A DNA stretch of 64,000 bases from an uncultured delta proteobacterium (GTDB lineage Bacteria > Desulfobacterota > Zymogenia > Zymogenales > Zymogenaceae). Position numbers and translations under genes: made by a program. Within the stretch, counting starts at the first letter, position 1, and each line of letters begins with the position of its first letter. Below, piece by piece: positions 59,782 through 64,000 of this stretch. The stretch lies in contig CAWELC010000008.1 in the NCBI GenBank assembly GCA_963809875.1, positions 131,623-195,622 on the forward strand. The letters run 5' to 3'. The notes under the pieces are model-generated. The model saw only the letters and a program-made list of their open reading frames with translations. It was not told where the DNA came from and ran no database searches.

Positions 59782-59788
59782 AAGAGTC

Positions 59789-59817
59789 GGGGGGACGGGG
59801 ACTTCGTCCCCCCTTTT
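59789..59817 (+). terminator. Rho-independent terminator after the MFS gene
   Basis: GGGGGGAC-loop-GTCCCCCC followed by TTTT. Confidence 0.7.
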
Positions 59818-59889
59818 CACCCCACAGCTGGATGGGGGGTTCCGGACCCGATGAATTCGGTTGGGTCGGGGATTTCTTGCGCATAAATA

Positions 59890-59918
59890 TTGACGGTCGG
59901 AGCGATTCGGGGTATAAT
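59890..59918 (+). promoter_or_regulatory. Near-consensus sigma-70-type promoter for the FrhB-like/iorAB operon
   Basis: TTGACG (59890-95), 17 nt, TATAAT (59913-18). It leaves a ~165-nt leader. Confidence 0.6.
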
Positions 59919-60042
59919 ACCTTATTAAATTAGTGATGAATTCCCCTTTCTCTTTTCATTTGTTTTCTTATATCGCGTTACGACCGATGACTGCTGTGAC
60001 CGCTTCGAGTCACGGGCGAATGTCCGATCGAACACGTATCAT

Positions 60043-60066
60043 TGTCACATCGTCACATTGTCACAT
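60043..60066 (+). repeat. Three tandem 8-nt repeats (TGTCACAT/CGTCACAT/TGTCACAT) just upstream of the RBS
   Basis: Read directly at 60043-50, 60051-58 and 60059-66. GGATGGGAGG and the start codons follow within ~25 nt. Confidence 0.6.
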
Positions 60067-60090
60067 GCCTGAAGGATGGGAGGCGTTTCT

Positions 60091-61185
60091 ATGACTAATG
60101 CACAAGGGCCACAGAGGCTGCTGGCCGAGGTGCTCACTACGGAGTTGTGCAGCGGCTGCGGGGCGTGTGTGGGGCTCTGTCCCTACTTCACCTCGTTTCT
60201 GGGCAGAACCGTCAATCTTGACGCGTGCGATAAGGAGCAGGGGAGGTGCTTTCTCTTCTGTCCGCGCACCGAGCTCGACCTTGACGGGTTGTCCCGGAAG
60301 ATCCTCGGGGTTCCCTACGGCTCCGATGCGATCGGGGCGTATCGCGGGGTATATTCGTCCCGGGCGGCTCAGCCCGGAAAATACCAGGCGGGGGGAACCG
60401 TCACGTCGCTTCTCGAATTCCTCTTCGACGAGCAAATGATCGACGCTGCCGCGCTCACCACGACCGATCGCGTCCTCCCGGTGGCAGACCTCGTGACCGA
60501 CCGGGCGGGGGTCAGGCGGGCATCCCGGTCCAAGTACAGCGCCGCGCCGACGCTCTCGGCCCTTAACCGGGCCGCCAAGGAAGGCTATAAACGGGTCGCC
60601 GTCGTTGGAACGCCGTGTCAGGTAACGGCGACGGCAAAGATGGTTACTGCCGACGGCGTCGATAGAAACCCGGGCGAGGTGGTGTCATATGTCCTCGGGC
60701 TCTTCTGCACGTGGGCGCTGGACTACCGCAAATTGTTTGAGTATCTCTCATCGCGTGTTGATATCTCAGACATCGCCGGCTTTGATATCCCGCCGCCGCC
60801 CGCGGAGCAGTTTATCGTTGAAACGAAAAAGGGGAGGCTCACGTTCCCCCTCTCGGAAATCAGGCCGCTGGTCAGGGAGTCGTGCAGGAACTGTATCGAT
60901 ATGACCTCCGAATTCGCCGACGTCTCGGTGGGCGTACTGGAGGACAATCCTACAACCAACCTCCTGATCGTACGGACGGCAAAGGGTGAGGAGCTCGTGA
61001 AAAAGGCATCTGACAAGGGCGTCATCAAACTCGAGAAGATGGCAGACGAGAAGCTCGCCCACCTCAAGGAGTCGGCGCTGACCAAGAAGAAACGAGCCCT
61101 GAAGAACCTTTCGGATAAAGACCCGGAGGCCAAGTGGGGCTACATCGTCGGGCCGGGCGACCAGTTAAAAAAAATAATGGGATAG
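60091..61185 (+). CDS. Coenzyme F420 hydrogenase/dehydrogenase beta subunit (FrhB/FdhB)-like flavo-Fe-S protein
   Basis: N-terminal CSGCGACVGLCP...CFLFCP Cys clusters; later YKRVAVVGTPCQV...LGLFCTW is typical of the FrhB family. The ORF opens at 60076; an ATG lies at 60091. Confidence 0.8.
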   Translation: MTNAQGPQRLLAEVLTTELCSGCGACVGLCPYFTSFLGRTVNLDACDKEQGRCFLFCPRTELDLDGLSRKILGVPYGSDAIGAYRGVYSSRAAQPGKYQAGGTVTSLLEFLFDEQMIDAAALTTTDRVLPVADLVTDRAGVRRASRSKYSAAPTLSALNRAAKEGYKRVAVVGTPCQVTATAKMVTADGVDRNPGEVVSYVLGLFCTWALDYRKLFEYLSSRVDISDIAGFDIPPPPAEQFIVETKKGRLTFPLSEIRPLVRESCRNCIDMTSEFADVSVGVLEDNPTTNLLIVRTAKGEELVKKASDKGVIKLEKMADEKLAHLKESALTKKKRALKNLSDKDPEAKWGYIVGPGDQLKKIMG

Positions 61186-61194
61186 AGGGAGCTT

Positions 61195-63117
61195 ATGTCT
61201 TACCTTTCAAAAGACAGCCCTGGAGAGGCCAATCTCCTCATGGGCAATGAGGCAATCGCGCGGGGCGCAATAGAGGCCGGCGTGGCGTTCGCCTCCGCGT
61301 ATCCGGGAAATCCGTCGTCGGAGATCATTACCGTCCTGGGGGGCCTGGCAAAAGAGCTGGGTATCTACGTCGAATGGTCGACCAACGAGAAAGTGGCTAT
61401 TGAAGCGGCGGCCGGCGCCTCCTACGCGGGCCTCCGGTCGATATGCGCGATGAAGCAAAACGGCCTGAACGTGGCGTCCGACTTCATCAGCAACGTGGTG
61501 CTCACGGGCGTTGGGCCGGGAGGGATGGTGCTCATCGTGGCCGACGATCCGGGCGGCATCTCCTCGTCGAACGAGGAAGATACCCGCTACTTTTCGCGGC
61601 TCCTGGAGATCCCGCTGCTGGAACCGTCGGGATTCCAGGAGGCCAAGGATATGACCAAGTTTGCCTTTAAGCTCTCCGAGGAGAGGGGGCTCATGGTCAT
61701 GATCCGAAGCGTGACCCGCATCTCCCACGGGAGGGGTAACGTCGTCTATTCCGAGATCGAGAAGGGCAACAGGAAGGCGCACTTCGACACCAACCGGACG
61801 GTCCTGGCCTTTCCGGTCCCCTGGACGCACAAGATCCTCCACGAAAAGATGGCGGCCATCAAGGACAAGTTCGAGGAGTCCGATTTCAACCGGTATGAGG
61901 GGCCGAAGGGGGCCGAGCTCATCGTCGCGGCCTCCGGCGCGGCCTACCTCTACACAAAAGAGGCGCTCAACCTGCTGGGCCTTTCCGACAGGGTCGGCGT
62001 CCTCAAGCTCGGGACGACCTTCCCCCTGCCGGAGGACTTCATCGCCCGAAACCTTCAGGGGACCAAGAAGGTCCTTGTGGCCGAGGAGGTGATCCCGTTC
62101 CTCGAGTCGTCGATCAAAGAAGCCTACGCGAATCACGTCAAGGAGTTGGGCGTCGTCGAGTTCTTCGGCAAGGCCTCGGGCCACCTGCCCAAGGAGAACG
62201 AGCTCACGCCCGATATCATGGCACAGGCGATCGCCGGGCTCATGGGGACAACCTATGTTCCCGTCGATCCCGACTACCAGTCCAAGATCATGGGGCTGGC
62301 GCTGCCAAACTCGCCGTATCGGGCGCTCACCTTTTGCGCCGGCTGCCCCCACCGGGCGACCTACTGGGACCTCAAGAAGGCGCTCAAGCTGGACGGCCGG
62401 GACGGCTTCATCGTCGGGGACATCGGCTGCTATACCATCGGTCTGGGGCCCCAGGGCTATTCGATGCTGAGGACGACCCATGCAATGGGATCCGGTTCGG
62501 GCCTCGCCACGGGTTTGGGCCAGCTCAAACAGTTCGGGCTCGATCAGCCGGTGCTGGCCGTGTCGGGGGACTCGACCTTCTACCATTCGGTAATACCCGC
62601 CCTCATCAACGCCGCCCATCAGGAGGCCGATTTCACGATGGTCATCCTGGACAACAGTACGACGGCCATGACCGGCGCTCAGCCGCATTCCGGATCCGAT
62701 ACCGGCGCCATGGGCGTGCCGGCTCACGCGCTCTCGATCGAGAAGATCTGCGAGTCACTGGGGGCCAAGGTAAGGGTGCTGGATCCCTTCAGCGTCGAGG
62801 AGACCGTTCAGTCGGTCTACGATACCATCCAGGATGAGAAGGGTATCAAGGTCATCGTCATGCGCCAGGAGTGCTGCCTCTATCGCCTCAAGAAGGACGA
62901 GAAGCGATACGACGTGCGGGTGGACGAGAAGCGCTGCCTGGGCGACAACTGCGGATGCAACCGCCTTTGTACCAGGGTCTTCAAGTGCCCCGGGATTATA
63001 TGGGACAGGGTCAATAAAGTCGCCCGGATAGACGAGGTGATCTGTAACGGCTGCGGGGTCTGTGCGGACATCTGCCCCGAAGGCGCCATCGTCAGGGAGG
63101 TCACCCATGAAGCATAA
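61195..63117 (+). CDS. iorA: Indolepyruvate:ferredoxin oxidoreductase alpha subunit
   Basis: LLMGNEAIARGAIEAGV..ASAYPGNPSSEI, GDIGCYT, GDSTFYHS and C-terminal CxxCxxCxxxCP motifs; ~640 aa as for IorA. Confidence 0.88.
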   Translation: MSYLSKDSPGEANLLMGNEAIARGAIEAGVAFASAYPGNPSSEIITVLGGLAKELGIYVEWSTNEKVAIEAAAGASYAGLRSICAMKQNGLNVASDFISNVVLTGVGPGGMVLIVADDPGGISSSNEEDTRYFSRLLEIPLLEPSGFQEAKDMTKFAFKLSEERGLMVMIRSVTRISHGRGNVVYSEIEKGNRKAHFDTNRTVLAFPVPWTHKILHEKMAAIKDKFEESDFNRYEGPKGAELIVAASGAAYLYTKEALNLLGLSDRVGVLKLGTTFPLPEDFIARNLQGTKKVLVAEEVIPFLESSIKEAYANHVKELGVVEFFGKASGHLPKENELTPDIMAQAIAGLMGTTYVPVDPDYQSKIMGLALPNSPYRALTFCAGCPHRATYWDLKKALKLDGRDGFIVGDIGCYTIGLGPQGYSMLRTTHAMGSGSGLATGLGQLKQFGLDQPVLAVSGDSTFYHSVIPALINAAHQEADFTMVILDNSTTAMTGAQPHSGSDTGAMGVPAHALSIEKICESLGAKVRVLDPFSVEETVQSVYDTIQDEKGIKVIVMRQECCLYRLKKDEKRYDVRVDEKRCLGDNCGCNRLCTRVFKCPGIIWDRVNKVARIDEVICNGCGVCADICPEGAIVREVTHEA

Positions 63118-63736
63118 CGGAAAAACGCTGGTCCACGACCCCACAAACATCATCATCGCAGGAGTCGGAGGGCAGGGGAACATCATGGCCTCTCAGCTGT
63201 TGGGAAGGCTTCTGGTCAAGAAAGGATATGAAGTCATCATCGGGGAGACCTACGGTGCGTCTCAGCGGGGCGGATCGGTTATGAGCCACCTGCGGGTTAC
63301 CCGGCAGGGTGGTATCTCCCCGATTATCCCAAAGGGCAAGGCCCATTATATTATCGCGCTCGAGCCCGCCGAGGCCCTCAGAGTCATGGGCGAGTACGGG
63401 AACCCGGACGTCCGGGTCCTTTCCAACACCCGGCCCATCTATCCGGTGGACGTCATCACGGGGGCCTTTGATTACCCGGACCTCGCCAACCTCAGGAAGA
63501 TCATCACGGATCATTCCAGGGAAACCTTCTTCATCGACGCCACGGACATCGCGCTCAGGGTCAAGACGCCGATCCTCGCCAATATCATCATGCTGGGCGC
63601 ATTCGCGCAGTGGGGGGTCGTTCCGGTCTCCATTGCGGAATTCGAGGGAGCCATCAGGGAGAGCGTCCCGGAAAAGCACCTGAAGAAGAATCTCGAAGCG
63701 TTTGCGGAAGGGATGAAGGCGCTCGGGGCCTCGTAA
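63107..63736 (+). CDS. iorB: Indolepyruvate:ferredoxin oxidoreductase beta subunit
   Basis: IIIAGVGGQGNIMASQLLG...GETYGASQRGGSV signature. The ATG at 63107 overlaps the iorA end. Confidence 0.88.
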   Translation: MKHNGKTLVHDPTNIIIAGVGGQGNIMASQLLGRLLVKKGYEVIIGETYGASQRGGSVMSHLRVTRQGGISPIIPKGKAHYIIALEPAEALRVMGEYGNPDVRVLSNTRPIYPVDVITGAFDYPDLANLRKIITDHSRETFFIDATDIALRVKTPILANIIMLGAFAQWGVVPVSIAEFEGAIRESVPEKHLKKNLEAFAEGMKALGAS

Positions 63737-63753
63737 TTTTCGTCAGCTCGAAG

Positions 63754-63792
63754 AAAAAAGGGCCGCGGTTTTTAGCCGCGGCCCTTTTTTTT
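63754..63792. terminator. Bidirectional Rho-independent terminator between convergent genes
   Basis: A6-GGGCCGCGG-loop-CCGCGGCCC-T8. Confidence 0.75.
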
Positions 63793-63819
63793 GGATACGA
63801 TGAGTACGTTCTTGAGCTG

Positions 63820-64000
63820 CTAGTCCTCCGGCTCCAGCTGGACCCGTTCCACTTTCGCCAGGTCCCTGAGGTAGAAGAAGGATCCGGCCAGGAAGAAGAG
63901 CGCCCCGACGGTGAAGAAGATGGGGAGGAACTTGAAACCGGCCACCAGACCCATCGCCGGGTCAACATTGAATTTTGTCATATAGTGATCGGAGACGATA
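63820..64000 (-). CDS. C-terminus of a membrane protein running off the window (or a 53-aa small membrane ORF from the ATG at 63981)
   Basis: Open frame from the window edge: ..VSDHYMTKFNVDPAMGLVAGFKFLPIFFTVGALFFLAGSFFYLRDLAKVERVQLEPED*. The stop is at 63822..63820. Not in the ORF track. No clear RBS before the internal ATG. Confidence 0.45.
   Translation of the reverse strand, partial: IVSDHYMTKFNVDPAMGLVAGFKFLPIFFTVGALFFLAGSFFYLRDLAKVERVQLEPED

Overview
GC-rich, gene-dense bacterial chromosome segment. The gene content suggests an anaerobe: 2-oxoacid:ferredoxin oxidoreductases, corrinoid and radical-SAM enzymes, an FrhB-like protein, and a candidate selenoprotein. I saw no CRISPR array, transposase, phage block or recognisable defence system. 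Layout: (1) 1-6.7 kb holds the SRP and ribosome-maturation operon ffh-rpsP-KH-rimM-trmD-SPOUT-rplS, then a YhaN-like ATPase, rnhB and yraN. (2) 6.8-30 kb is mixed housekeeping and accessory: split aconitase-X, purMN, a TIGR00300 enzyme, ltaE, a pterin methyltransferase with corrinoid protein, usp-pit, an ECF sigma/anti-sigma pair, an AmiC-like amidase, xerD and two MBL-fold proteins. (3) 30.7-34.9 kb holds TetR, two tandem CrtI-like oxidoreductases and a decayed third copy. (4) 35-38.9 kb holds tRNA-Arg(ACG)-tadA-tRNA-Ser x2-SRP RNA-dnaX-ybaB-recR. (5) 39-46.6 kb holds a four-subunit-type POR operon running straight into a HoxEFU/HndABC-like diaphorase module with no hydrogenase catalytic subunit, then mglBA. 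(6) 46.8-49.1 kb holds tRNA-Asn followed by a visibly lower-GC islet (AKR pseudogene, flavodoxin, CMD). (7) 49.8-63.7 kb is a co-directional accessory block: GNAT-like protein, two B12-radical-SAM enzymes, an ICMT-like methyltransferase, a TPP enzyme, a split UxaA/SuyAB-like lyase, an MFS transporter and FrhB-like + iorAB. Main hunting results: an unlisted in-frame-UGA glutaredoxin-like ORF with a SECIS-like hairpin; the POR-diaphorase operon; the radical-SAM/GNAT/methyltransferase cluster; and a possible desulfonation module. In addition, 15 frameshift junctions fall in 10 genes, 14 of them net +1 nt. They hit essential genes, so they most likely reflect assembly or sequencing error rather than biology, except perhaps in the AKR. 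All functional calls come from motif recognition by eye; no database search was run.
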